64,000 nucleotides of DNA, from NCBI RefSeq assembly GCF_963921235.1, contig NC_086118.1, positions 12,526,001 through 12,590,000 of the forward strand. The letters run 5' to 3'. Positions 10,935 to 23,794 of the stretch are shown here, in pieces. This DNA is from Mobula hypostoma. Lineage: Eukaryota. Positions within the stretch are counted from its first letter, which is position 1; every line of letters begins with the position of its first letter. The notes under the pieces were generated by a model. It saw only the letters and a program-made list of their open reading frames with translations. It did not search any database and was not told the DNA's origin. The position numbers and the translations under genes are program-made.

Positions 10935-13900
10935 TGTTAGGTTTTGTAACTCCAAAACAAAACTAATTGCTAAAATATTAAATATGCAACATTCCTCCAT
11001 GCTTAGCTATAAACTCCAACTCAATGTAGAATGCAACTCAGCTCAGCATAGTAAATTTAAAATTGCCCCATTCAGGTCTAAAGGTCTAATTGCTGTGGAG
11101 GCTTTCTTACTCATGTGAAATAATGTCCTTCCTGACACGGAGGATCACTCTGCTCATCAGGAGACACCTGTGGCTGTGAAACCATCTCAGGTTCTGGGAC
11201 CTCCACCATGGTGGTTGTAGGACTGCAGGAAGCGGTTCGGACAGTTATGGGCAACTGATGTGTTGGCACTCAACAGAGCACGGCAAGCTTCGCAGGACAA
11301 TGTGGATCATAACATGTGAGTACAGTGTCTAATGTCACAATATTCTTTACCTTTCTGAAGACCACCTCACACTGCTTTTCCACTGCCATTTCTTCCTGAT
11401 CTATAGTAATGAATTCAAGGTGTAGCGCATAGTAGCTAGGTTTGGCAGGAACATGTTAGAGTAATTGACAGATCCTAAAACGGACTGTAACTGTAACACA
11501 TCCTTTGACCTTGGTACACTCACCTCTGCTTGAATCTTCTCAGCACACTTGTGTAGTGCTTGTGCATTAATGGTTAGACCACAGAAAGTGATGCTTGGAT
11601 TAAAGAATTCACACTTGTTGTGTCATGTTCTGAGCTCATGATTTCCCAATCCTTTTAAAACTGTCCTGAGATTTTGGAGGTATTCCTTGTCATCCTTACC
11701 GGTAACAATGATGTTATCCAGTTAACACTGAGTTTTCTGGGCAGCCTTGTGTCACCTGGCCCATAACTTTCTGCCAGAGTGCAGGTACAGATATACTCCA
11801 AAAATGAGCCTATTACCATGATAAAGCCCCCTGTGAGTGTTTACTGTGAGAAATGCTTTAGATACTTTCTTTATCTGCATCTATAGTTTGGCTTCAGCTA
11901 AATCCACTTTGCTGAAGTGTTTCCCTTCAGAAAGGTTTGCAAAAATATTATCTTTTGTAGAGGGTACTGATATACTTTCAGTACTGGGTTGACCTTAAAA
12001 TTACCACAGATCCTGACAGACCCATTCTCCTTGGCTACTGCAAACATCGGTGCTGCCCATGGGCTCCACGTAACCTTAGAAAGAAAATCCTTCAGCCTCC
12101 GTGCAGTTGAACTTACTGGCAAATTCATTACCGACTGTAAGGAAACAGATGGGCTTTATAAAACTTGGGTGTGGCAATTTGATTTAACACTATTTTGCCC
12201 TTGATATGTTTCAGTCTTCCAGTGTCGTCCTAGAGTACTGCTGTGGTATCAACAGTACCTTTCTTATCTCAATTTCAGTTGACTACATTGCTGGGGATGT
12301 TGCACACAAATGGTGCGTGGATCTCCAGTCAAGCAGAAGTTGTCTCAGCCACTCAGGACCCTACAATGCTAGCCTCCTGTATTTTTTTTTACCACATACA
12401 AGCCCAATGTAGCTTGTTGGCTGTATTTCACTGTTAGAAATGTCATTCCCATCGGAGTTATCTTTTCTCCAGTATAAGTTTTTGGTTGGATATATGTAGG
12501 CTTCAATTCAGTATCGTTGAAATACCATTCAAACTCATTTTCAGTGACCAAATGAATTTTAATTAATTTGCCATTCAGTTTTGATACAAGCCATATTGCT
12601 TGTCTCTGGTAAGTGTTCACAATTACAAATTTCAAGTCTACCTAGCTCCGTTTCACTCTCATCATTATCAGATTTTTCATCAACAGCATACAGATTAGCG
12701 CTCTTTGTGAAACTGCAATTGACATTTACATTCCCTGTGTAGTCCATTTATCTCTGCCTGCCTGACACGCTGTTTGCATGCGTCCTATTTTGTCACATTT
12801 TCTGCAAGTTTTGCTTTTGAATCTGCATTGTTTTGGTGCATGTGAGCCTCTGCCACAACAATAACACAATCTCTTCATCCGGGCTGGCTTCTGTTTAGAT
12901 GTTGCAATTTTTTTTTCACGCTCACTTTCATTTCTTACTGCAACTCAATTGCATCTCTGTCTGCTATTTCATCTGCTCCTTTAAATGTAAGTTACACTTC
13001 AGTTAGGGACTGTTTTAGAATGATTTCTTGTAAGATTCCACAAATGAAACAATTTCTCAGCGCATCATTAAGCCCAATATCGAACTGATAATGCTCAGAG
13101 AATCTCTTCAATTCAGCCATTGAAATGGACTCCCCTTCCTTTTGATTCTGCTTATGAATGCTAAGGTGTTCTGCAATCAACAAAGATTTTAGCTCTAAAT
13201 GCTCTGCATTATTTTCATGATATCAGCAAGACTCATTTCAGTTGGTTTGGTTGGAACAGTCTAACTTCTAAGCAAACTGTATGTCTTTAAATCCAATACA
13301 CTCAAGTAAACTTGGTACTCACTTTTCACTGGCTATTCCATTTACTTTAAAATGTTGCTCAGTCCACTCAGTATAAAATATCTAGTTAACCGTTATGAAA
13401 TTGAACGCATCTATCTTCCCAATGTAGCCAGTGATTTCTGCTTTTTTCACTCAACCATTAAAAAGAAATTGTTTTAAAAACGTGAACATCTTGTTATGCT
13501 TCAACAAGTAGTTAGTCATCTTGGGTTCACTTAAACCTTTCTCTTTGTTACTGTTATGTTTATAACTCCAAAACAGAAACTAGTTGCAGGAAAAACATGG
13601 AGCCAATAGTAACTCATGTACATTCTTTTTTTTTCAAATTTTATTTCTAGAAAATTTTTTAACCCCGAACCCTTGAGTCAGTGTTGGAATTATATAAATC
13701 ATAGCTTACAAAACATAAAATTATCCATAAAATAAAAGCAAACATGGCAAAAATAAATATTAATAACCACGTGTGTCTATTTAGACCTCTAGTAACAGAA
13801 AAGGCTGCCATTCAGCAATATACTTCACCACTACATTCACCACTATCTCCCCCCCAGAAAACCTAAATATTTGCCCTATTTTTGTGTATAAATGTCCAAT

Positions 13901-15888
13901 CTATCAAACTGTTTGTAAGACATACGTTCAAAAGCTGCCACTTTGGCTATTTCGGTGACCTGCTCCTGAAATGATGATCCCCCCCCAAGTTCCTTCAATC
14001 TCTGAGTATAATTTGTCTCCCTACCATTATACTTGTCTGGATCCAATTTTCAGAGTGTTTATCCCCAAGTAACCCATGTGTCTCCCAAGACAAACGGTCT
14101 AGGGCAGAAAGGGAGGTGAATACCTGAAACTTCACCCATATACTTAAGTATTATAATCCAAAATTCTTGAATTCTGGGACAGGACCAGAGTGCCTGTACT
14201 AAGTCCACTTTATCTGCCTCATAGCGCCAGCATTCAGGGGTGTTTTTCAACCCTAATCTATATAACCTTGCTGGAGTCCAATAAAAACGGTGTAGGATCT
14301 CAAACTGAATAAGGCTCACCCTCAGGTCTCCTGACACTGTTTTGACATTTTTGCAAATTTTGTCTCACTCTTCTGTCTCAAAAGTCACACTCAGGTCTTT
14401 TTCCCATGCTCTTTTAAGACCCAACAGAGTTTTGACCCCTGAGACTTGTGCTAAAGCTGAATAATAAGTTGAAGCTTCGTGACTTTTACCATATGCAGCC
14501 AGTACAGTAGACAATATCGTAGCAACTTGTGGGGGCTGCTGTGTCGAACCAAAAGTTGTATGTAGCAAATGACATAGTTGAAGATATCTCCAAAATTGTG
14601 ATCATGCTGTTGGATTAATTGATTAAAAGATTTTAAACTATCACCATTATAAAGGTCTCCCAATTTAATTATGCCTTTCCCTTGCCATTCCCTCCAGAAG
14701 AAAGGGGACTTATCAATACACAACTTTGGATTCATTCAGATACTCGAGGCTTCATTCAAATATGGATTAAATTTAAATAATCTGGCTATCTTATTCCAGA
14801 ACAAATGCATATGCGATATAATTGGGTGAGACCTTGCCTCAGGAGGTAACTTGATAGACAAAGATTGTAATGGAGGGATGGGAGGAAGAGCAGAACACTA
14901 AATATGATACCAAGGAGGCGCTCTCTGCGGAGGTAGAGACCAATGTGCTGAATGTTTAAGAGTAAAGGCATAGTAATAATATATTAACTTTGGCAAGTCT
15001 AAGCCCCCCCCCCCCCCCCCGCTTTCAACTGGCAATTGTAATTTGTTAAAGCTTAAGCATGGGCATTTACCATTCTAAATAAAAGCCTTAGTTATTTTAT
15101 CAAATTGTTTAAAATATGTTAATGGGATTTGCACTGGATCGATTGGAGCAGATAATTAACCTTTGGAATGCTATTCATCTTCAAGGCATTTACTTTTCCC
15201 AACATTGACAAATACAATGATGACCATCTGTCTACATCACATTAAATTCTCTGCAACAATGGATCAAAATTCACCTTTACTAAATCCTTCAGTTGAGGGG
15301 GAAAATTAATACCTAAATATTGTATACTGTTCTTTGGTCAGTGAAATTGGCCTAGGTGAAAAGCAGCTGCAAGGCAGTATGCAGTCAGTGGTAGCGCTTC
15401 TGATTTTGTCCAATTAACCTTATAATCTGAGAATCTAGAGTAAGACTTTATAATGTTAAAAAGACATGTCACTGACTGACTAGGGTCCGACACAAATAAT
15501 AAAATATCATCCGCATCATCCGCATAAAGCATCAGTTTATGAACCTGTCCTCCCACGGATACCCCTATAAAGTTCTCATTCTCTCTGATAGCTGCTGCCA
15601 GGGGCTCCAAAGCTAGACAGAACAACACTGGGGAGAGTGGGGAACCCTGTCGGGTACCCCTTCTAAGAGAGAAGTAAGGTGAAATGTAACTACTAGAATG
15701 TACGTTCTTAGTTTTACTTTTAGCAAGACGTGTATGCATGACCTGGTAGTGTCATGATATATGCAATTTACGTACATTTACATGTAACCTGTAATGAATT
15801 ATTTAAATGAATAAGAATGCCTACTCAAACAATATATTTACATTACTCTGATAATTGCAGATAATACTGAAATATTAAATTCACAACA
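10935..15888 (-). mobile_element. Ty3/Gypsy LTR retrotransposon, degenerate, with L1 inserted in its 5' LTR
   Basis: Matching LTR edges TGTTA.GTTT..TAACTCCAAAACA at 10935 and 13552, and ..AAATATTAAAT...CAACA ends at 10991 and 15888. Minus-strand gag (QKEGESISMAELKRFSEHYQF..LNDALRNCFICGI), protease-like region and RT (SPWAAPMFAVAKENGSVRICGNFK.VNPVL). Purine tract next to the 3' LTR. Confidence 0.85.
13628..15697 (-). mobile_element. L1/Tx1-clade LINE, 5'-truncated ORF2
   Basis: RT motifs FSLRRGTRQGSPLSPVLFCLALEPLA and HKLMLYADD. C-terminal QFEILHRFYWTP..C..LWSCP. Minus-strand AATAAA and poly(A). TSD ATGTACATTCTT (13616-13627) / ATGTACGTTCTT (15698-15709). Confidence 0.9.
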
Positions 15889-15899
15889 GAAATGACCTT

Positions 15900-17375
15900 T
15901 CAAGAATCAGTAGATTTTAGAATGGAATTCCAGGTGGACTGGAAATTGCAAATGCCACTCCATCTTTTAACAAGGGAGGGATGCAGGAGAAAGGAAATTA
16001 TAGGCTAGTTATCCTGAATTCAGTGGTTGTAAAGATGTTAAAATCCATTATCAAGGATGAGGTTTCAGGGTACTTGGAGGCACAAGATACAGCGAAGTCA
16101 ACATGGTTTCCTTCAAACTAAATCTTACCTGAAAAATCTGCTAGAACTCTTTGAGGAAGTAACAGGCAGGACAGAGAAAGAAGAGTCAGTGGATGTTGTT
16201 TATTTGCATTTTTGGAAGATTTCTGACAAGGTGTCACACATGAAGGTATCTAACAAGACAATAGTCCATGGTTTTACAGGAAGGATACTAGCATGGATAG
16301 GAGACTGGTTGATTGGCAGGAGGTAAAGAGTGAGAATAAAGGGGGCCTTTTAAGGTTGGCTGCCAGAAAGTAGTGGTACTTTGCAAGGGTCAGAGTTCGG
16401 ACCACTTCTTTTCATGTTAAATGCCAAAGATCTGGATGATGGAATTGATTGCTTTGTGGTCAAGTTTGTGTATGACATGAAGATATTTGGAGGAGCAGGT
16501 AGTGATGAGAAAGCTGGGATTCTGAAGAAGTACTTAGATTCGGAGAATGGGCAAAGAAGTGGAAGACGTAGCATAGTGTAGGAAAATGTATGTTCATGTT
16601 ACTTGGTAGAAGGAATAAAGGTGTGATGTATTTTCTAAATGTTCAGAAAATTCAAAAATCAGAGGTGCAAAATGACTTGGGAGTTCTTGTGAGGGATTAC
16701 CTAGAGGTTAACTTGCAGGTTTAGTTGGTGGTAAGGTAGGCAAATGTAATGTTAACGTTCATCTTGAGAGGACTAGAATATAAAAACAAAAGTGTAATGC
16801 TGAGACTTCATAAGGCACTGGTCGGACTGCATTTGGAGTATTGAGAACAGTTTTGAGCCCTTTATCTAAGAAAGAATGTGTTAGCATTGGAGAGGGTCCA
16901 GAGGAGTTTTACGAGAATGATTCCTGGAATAAAAGTGTTTGATACTTCCTGGCCTGTACTCACTGGAGTTTAGAAGAATGAGAAGGAATCTCATGGAAAT
17001 CAATCAAATATTGAAATGCCTAGATAGAGTGGATGTGGAGAAGATTTTTCCTACACTGGGGGAGTCTAAGACCAGAGGACACAGCCTTTGAATGAAAATT
17101 TGTCCCTTTAGACAAAGTTGAGGAAGAATTTCTTTAGCCAGATGGTGGAGAAGTGTGAAATTTATTGCCATAAACTGCTGTAGAGGCCTAGTCATTGGGT
17201 ATATTTGAAGCGGAGATTGATAGGTTCGTGATTAGTAAGGCTATCAAAAGTTACAGGGAGAAGAAAGAACAATTCATTGAGAGGATAATAAATCAGCCAT
17301 GGTGGCATGGTGGAGCAGACACAATAGGCTGAAAGGGCTAACTCTTCTCCTATGTCTTATGGTATTACGGGTTTA
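15900..17375 (+). mobile_element. CR1-type LINE, RT domain to 3' end
   Basis: SQHGFLQTKSYLKNLLELFEEVT..VDVVYLHF and QGSEFGPLLFMLNAKDLD..KFVYDMKI. 3' tail CTCCTATGTCTTATGG. Confidence 0.9.
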
Positions 17376-18424
17376 TGACTAGTCTTCCATAGCCATCTGT
17401 GGCAATGAATTCCACAGATTTGTCACCATATGGACTGTTGGACAAGAATTCAGATCACAAAACAAACTAAGAACTTTCAAGATAATATTTATACTCTGAA
17501 AATACTAAATTACTTACTCTGATCACACCAGAAATAAATATGAGAAATACTATCACCTATTTATATCAGCATATTACTTGTCTCAAAGCAAGTGCTAGAT
17601 TTCATAGAGATAGACAGATCTGAATGAGTCATTTGTGAATTATGAGTAAGGCACATCATTGATTTCAGTGGAATCACTTTTGGGTGCAGAGAGCAAACAC
17701 TAATGTGACTATGTGTTTATCACCACCTGACATCTAAAACTAGATGGCACAGGTTTAAATTAAGAAAGGAAAGATTTCAAGGGGCAAATTATGTGATTAA
17801 CTAATTTCCCTGGGATCAATAAAGTATGACTATGACTATGACTATACCTACTATGAAAACTCCAAATACATTTACATTATCTGACAGCCATTTACATTGC
17901 ATCATTAACATGTATAGAGATATTTGTTCAGGCACTCTTCCACTTAACAATACTTGACCTTCCGAACAGTAGGTGGTGGATATATGGAACAGGCTGCCAG
18001 AAGAATGAGAATATATAAAAGATGTTCAGACAGATTCACGAACAGGAAAGGTTTAGAGGGATATGGGCTTAATACAGTCAGATAGGATAAGCTCAGGAAG
18101 GCATCTTAGTTGAAATGGACAGGTTGAGCTGAGGGGTTTATTTCTGTGCTGTATAACCAACTCTATAAATTTATGACTCAAGTAGTAGGGCACCACCTCC
18201 TAGTATTCTTGCCAATTTGTATCTTTAACCAATGTCACTAAAAACAGAGTGATCCTATGGGACATTGGAAGGAGGTAAAGAGTTTAATAAAAACACAGAT
18301 CTTTCTTACCAATTTTATTTGATCCCTAAAGTATTAATGCTAAGTATCATGTATTGTACTCGTCTGATGGTATCTGAGCAATTATTGATCTCCTGGGATC
18401 AATGTTGCAGGATTGAATGGTTTG

Positions 18425-18860
18425 TCACATGAAAGGCGTTTTTAATGGCTTTGCGCCTGTATTCACTAGAATTAAGGAGATTGAGAGGTGACCTCATTGA
18501 AACCTATTGAACAATGAAAGACCTTGATACAGTGGATGTGAAAAGGATGTTTCCGATGGTGGGAGAGTCTAAGACCAGAGAACACAGACACAGAATAGAG
18601 AAGCAACCTTTTAGAATGGAGATGAAGAGGGAATTCTTTGGCCAGACAGAGGCGAATCTGTGGAATTCTTTGCCACAGGCCAACTCTTTATGTATATTTA
18701 AGGCAGAGGGTGATAATTCTTGATTGGTCAGAGCAGGAAGGAATATGGTTGGTAGGCAGGAGATTGGGGCTGAGAGGAAAATTGGATCAGCCACAATTAA
18801 ATAGTGGAGCAGACTCAATGGACCAAATGGCCCAATTCTGCTCCTATATCTTATGGTCTC
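18425..18860 (+). mobile_element. CR1-type LINE 3' fragment
   Basis: MKDLDTVDVKRMFPMVGESKTREH..NLWNSLP. Tail CTCCTATATCTTATGGTCT. Confidence 0.85.
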
Positions 18861-19176
18861 CTGGAGTTGAGTTCACTGACGACCTCCCAGAGTTACCATG
18901 GACAGCTGAGTGGACTTATGCTTGTGTTATGTCAACTGGAGTTAGTAATGCAACTGACAGCCTGAATTTGCTGATATTAAGTGATTGGCCTCTTTCTTGC
19001 AACAAACAAAATGCCCTTTTCCAAAATAATCCAGTGGGAATTTGCATCAGGGATTTCACACCATGCTACTGGACAGCCCAGATAGTTGGAAGATCAAGTA
19101 TTGTTAAATGAAAACGTGCCTGAACAAATATCTCTATTTGTGTTAATGATGCGATGCAAATAGCTGTCGGATAATA

Positions 19177-21122
19177 GAATCAGGGTCAGGTTTAAATTAT
19201 CACTGGAATAGGTCTTAAAATTTGTTGTTTTGCAGCAGCAGTACATTGAAATACATAATAATAAAAACTATAAACTACACTAAGTACAAATAAAAAAAGA
19301 AAATTAAATGGAATATGTAGTTCAAAAAAGAGAGCAAAAAGTAGTGAGGCAGTGTTCATGGGTTCGTTGTCCATTCGGAAATCTGATGATCGAGGGGAAG
19401 AAGCTGTTCCTGAAACACTGAGGGAGTGTTTTCAGGTTCCCGTACCTCCTCCCTGATGGTAGCAATGAGAACAGGGCATGTGCTGGGTGATGTGGCTCTT
19501 AAATAATGGATGATACCTTTTTCAGGCATCGCCTTTTGAAGGTGTTCTCCATTCTGGGGAGACCATGATGGACCTAGCTGTGTTTACAACTTTCTGCAGC
19601 TTTTTTTTCTGATCCTGTGCAGTGGCCCCTCCATACCAGAGAGTGATACAACCAGTTAGAATGCACTGCAGAGAATATCTGTAGATATTTGCGAATGTCT
19701 TTGGTGACATACCAATTCTTCGCAAACTTCTGATGAAATATTACAGGTGTCATGCTTTCTTTGCCATTGCATCAATATGTTGTGCCTAGGATAGACCTTC
19801 CGAGATGTTGAAACCCAGGAATTTGAAACTGCTCATATATTCCACTTCTGATCCCTCGATGAGGACTGTAGTGTGTCCCTTCGACTTCCCCTTCTTGAAG
19901 TCCACAGTCAATTCCTTGGTCTTGCGACGTTGAGCGCAAGATTGTTGCTGTGACACCACTCAACCAGCTGATCTATCTCACTGCTATATGACTCCTTGTC
20001 ACTACCTGAAATTCTGCCAATTAATAGTCATCTCATCGGCAAATTTATAAATGGGATTTGAGCTGTGCCTAGCCACACAATTGTGGGGGGAGGGGGGAGG
20101 GGGGGGGAGGAGTAGTGGACTAAGCATGCGTATCTGAAGTGTGCCAGTGTTGATTGTCAGTAAGGAGGAGATGCTATTTCAGATCCATACAGACTGTGGT
20201 CTCCCAGTGAGGAAGTCAAGGATCCAGCTGCAGAGGGAGGTGCAGAGGGCTAGATTTTGGAGCTTGTTGCTTAGAACTGAGGATATGATTGTGTTGAATG
20301 CTGAGCTGTAGTCAAGAAACAGCACCCTGACATCGATATGGCTATTGTTCAGGTGATGCAAGGCCAAGTGGAGAGCCAGTGACATTGTACCTGCTGTAGA
20401 CCTATTGTGATGATAGCTAAATTGCAACCGGTCCAGGTCTTTGCTTAGACAGGAATTGATTCTGGATCTGACCCACTTCTCAAAGCACTTCACCACAATA
20501 TGTGTGAATGCCACTGGACGATAGTCGTTGAGACAGCTCACCATGCCCTCCTTTGACACTGACATTATTGTCACCCTCTTGAAGCAGGTGGGAGCCTCTG
20601 ACTGCTGCAGTGAGAGATCGAACATGTCCTTCAACACTCCTGACAGTTAGTTGGCACAGGTTTTCAGAGCCCTACCAGGGATACCTATCATCTGGGCTTG
20701 ACACCTCACAAGGATTCACCCTCCTGAAAGATGCTTTAATACTGGCCTCTGAGACGGAGATCACAGTGTCACCAGATGCTGCAGGGATTCACACAGAGGT
20801 AGTTTTATTCCCCTTTTTAGAGTGTGCATAAAAGGCTTTGAGTTCATCTGGGAGAGAAACATTACAGCCTCTCAAGATGTTAGGTTTTGCTTTGTAGGAA
20901 CTAATGTCTTGCAAACCTTGCCAGAGTTGATATGCATCTGATTCCATCTCTAACCTCAATCCGAATTGTTTTTTTCACCCCTCAAATAACCTTCCCTAGG
21001 TCATAGCTGGACTTATTGTACAGTTCTCAATGACTGGTCTTGAATTCCACAGATGTGGCCCTCAGCAGTCTATGAACTCCTGGTTCATCCATGGCTTTTG
21101 GTTTGGGTATGTCTCGTATGTT
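19177..21122 (-). mobile_element. Rex1/Babar-type LINE, RT domain to 3' tail
   Basis: Minus ORF 20179-20637 ([61 protein letters not shown]) and ILTGCITLWYG. Confidence 0.9.
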
Positions 21123-21938
21123 TGTGTAATTGTCTAATTTCTTCATGGAGACTCTTCTGGTCCAAAATAGTTTTCACATGGTCCCCATGAAGAAATTAGA
21201 CGATTACACACCTTGTTCCTACAAAATGACTATCAGGTGAAGGAAATCAAGCAGGCCTTTAAGAGGGCCGCTGGAAAAACCAGGGAACTTAACAATGAGG
21301 AGGAACCCATCAGTACTGCCTGTCTTCCCTATACTTCCATGGTTTCTGGAAGGATTGCCAGGATCCTGAAGAAGTATTGGATTAATACCATCCACAAATC
21401 CATAAGGAAGCTCAAATCGCAGCTCATATGGATCAAAGATGACATAGGACGGATGGCGTTTACAGGATTCCCTGTGAATGCGGAGCAACATATATTGGCC
21501 AGACAGGGCACATAGTGGAAACCTGCACCAAAGAGCACAAGAGGTGTATCCATTTGAGTTACCCAGAGAAATCGGCAGTAGCAAATCATTGCATTCACAA
21601 TGCTCATAGGATTGACTTGAATGGCACAAAACTACTGTGCCACACGTAATGGCTTTTGGAACCATCTGGTGAGGGGAGCCATTGAAATAAAACTAGAGGA
21701 AAAGAATTTTAACAAAGACGAAGGTCTCGCTCTAAGTAAGAACTAGAATTTGATTGTCAACAAGTTGGGACAATGGAAACCTGATTTGATGAGGACTAGC
21801 CAATCAGGAGAGATGGATGACAGGGTATATATACCACTGGACTTGGCGTCATCCCTGATGAAGATGGCAGAGTTTGTCATGGAAACATCAGTTAAAATCG
21901 ATACCTGTACTCAGCTGGAAGCCCAAGAAGAGTTTATT
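21123..21938 (+). mobile_element. Penelope-like element 3' portion with 5' inverted segment and hammerhead motif
   Basis: FLQNDY..ACLPYTSMVSGRIARILKKY, then a frameshifted GIY-YIG-like region (GVYRIPCECGATYIGQT). CTGATGA..GAAAC at 21855-21886. Confidence 0.85.
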
Positions 21939-23794
21939 CTGGTTGACAGAAATTGGATTAAATCATTTCCTCCAGCGATCTTCCATTCCCAATATATAAT
22001 AACCTAGTTGATTGGAAAGTCAAGGTCAAAGACACCCTGACCCCTGTCCTACTTCAGATCTGATGTAAGGACAACAAAGAATTTGTGGAGGAACTCAGTA
22101 GATCGAGCAATACCTGTAGGTGAAAGGAACTGTTGAAGTTTCAGGTGAAAACCATACATCAGGATTGATAATAGAGAGGGGAGATAACCAGTATAAAGAA
22201 GAGAGGGGCATGGTGATACAGAAGTCCAGGATGATGGTTGGATTGGTCATCCTAGTCCTAGCTCACTGTCTCCTTACACAGAATTTCCTCAGAGAGGATA
22301 CTTAAGAGGCCTTAAGTATCCAAGGCTCTTTAATTACCATCAAATGTCACTGAAAGACATTTAAACATCAATAAATAATGCAATAAAATGTTAAAGTACT
22401 GTAAATACTTGGAAAACATTAATCTGAAGTGAATATGTGACACAATTATCTACACTAACCTTTCTCCCCAGGAATGATGAATGAGGGTATCACTTGTACA
22501 CCAATCTGTCCTGTTGTAAATGAGATGATAGATTGAGTATCTTTAAAGACCCTTCTACATTTCACTGCCCTGCTTTAGGTTCCATGATTAGTCTAGTGGC
22601 CGAGAAGAAGTTAGAAATGTCTTTAGCTCTCTCAGAATTCTGCCTTTAATCGGGCAATGTGTGGTTGGCTATCAGCCAGCATAGTTTGGGCAGTTACTCT
22701 CTCCTCACAGTGCTTCACTTGCTGAGTATTTCCAACTTGTTCCTGAATTATTGGTGTGTGTAAATCAATATCCTTTCCTGATCAGAGAATGGCTATCTCT
22801 CACTACTGCACAGATTTGGAGAGTTTTCAGCCCATTCTCTGAGATCCTGACACAGTTCATCATCAATAAATACAGGAGCAAAGTCACTCTTTGCCGGGAT
22901 AACTTTGAGTCATTGCATAACACAGATGTTACCTTTCTAAAAATACGTACATGCCATGCAGTCCTTTCCCCCTTTCACCTCTCTTTTCCTATGTTTGATC
23001 TAATTATCCCTTTTCTTGTCATCACTATATGAAGAATAATTCACCTTCAATAATTTCAACTTATTTACTGATTGCTTCTTCTCTTCCTGCTCACAATGCC
23101 CTTGTTATTATTTGCTGGAGTTTAGCTCAAATACTATTTTGCTGATTAAAAGTCTGAGGCTTTGTTTGATCGAGACAATCTTTGAAGCATTTGGTGCTCC
23201 AAGCAGGGAGGAACTGTCTGCCCATGTGTTCTTTGCAGTTTCTAGTGCCAGCTCTGCTTCTAAGCTGGTTCATCCTGTGATGAAGTGTTAACATGATGAT
23301 TTAAAAAAAATGAGACTGGAGTCAATAATTAATTGTGTGCATAGACTGCAAAACTCTACACTTAGCAGAAAATCACTCATTTTCTGAAGTACTTAGTGGA
23401 GTTGTTTCTATGGAAATAAACATATTATTATTTCGATGTTGTGCACGTAGAGGTAACATTTAATGCAGGTGAAGTTTCTGACTGCAAAACATTTAATCAA
23501 GTAGATTCAATCTTCTTATCTGATGTGCTTTCTTTGAAAGCAGCATGAGAGACACAAGTGGTCTTATTCTGACGTCAGTGAGCAGGATGTGCCAACAATT
23601 AAAATCCAATTTACACTAATTCTATTCTATCCTCCCCACATTCCCATCAACTTTCCCCAGATTCTATGACTCACCTACACATGGAGTCTTGCAGCTATAC
23701 AGCACAGGAACAGGCACCTGGCCCAATTTGTCCTTGCCATCTAAATTGCCTAATGACTAGTCACATTTGTCTGGATTTGACCTACATGTATATT

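Noticed and set aside
10930..15893. TSD of the Gypsy element
   Set aside because: Flanks GTAGT and GAAAT match only 3/5, so no TSD is claimed.
20085..20110. G-runs with G-quadruplex potential (also 715-733, 15004-15020, 63015-63028)
   Set aside because: Homopolymer expansions, mostly within decayed TEs, with no functional context.
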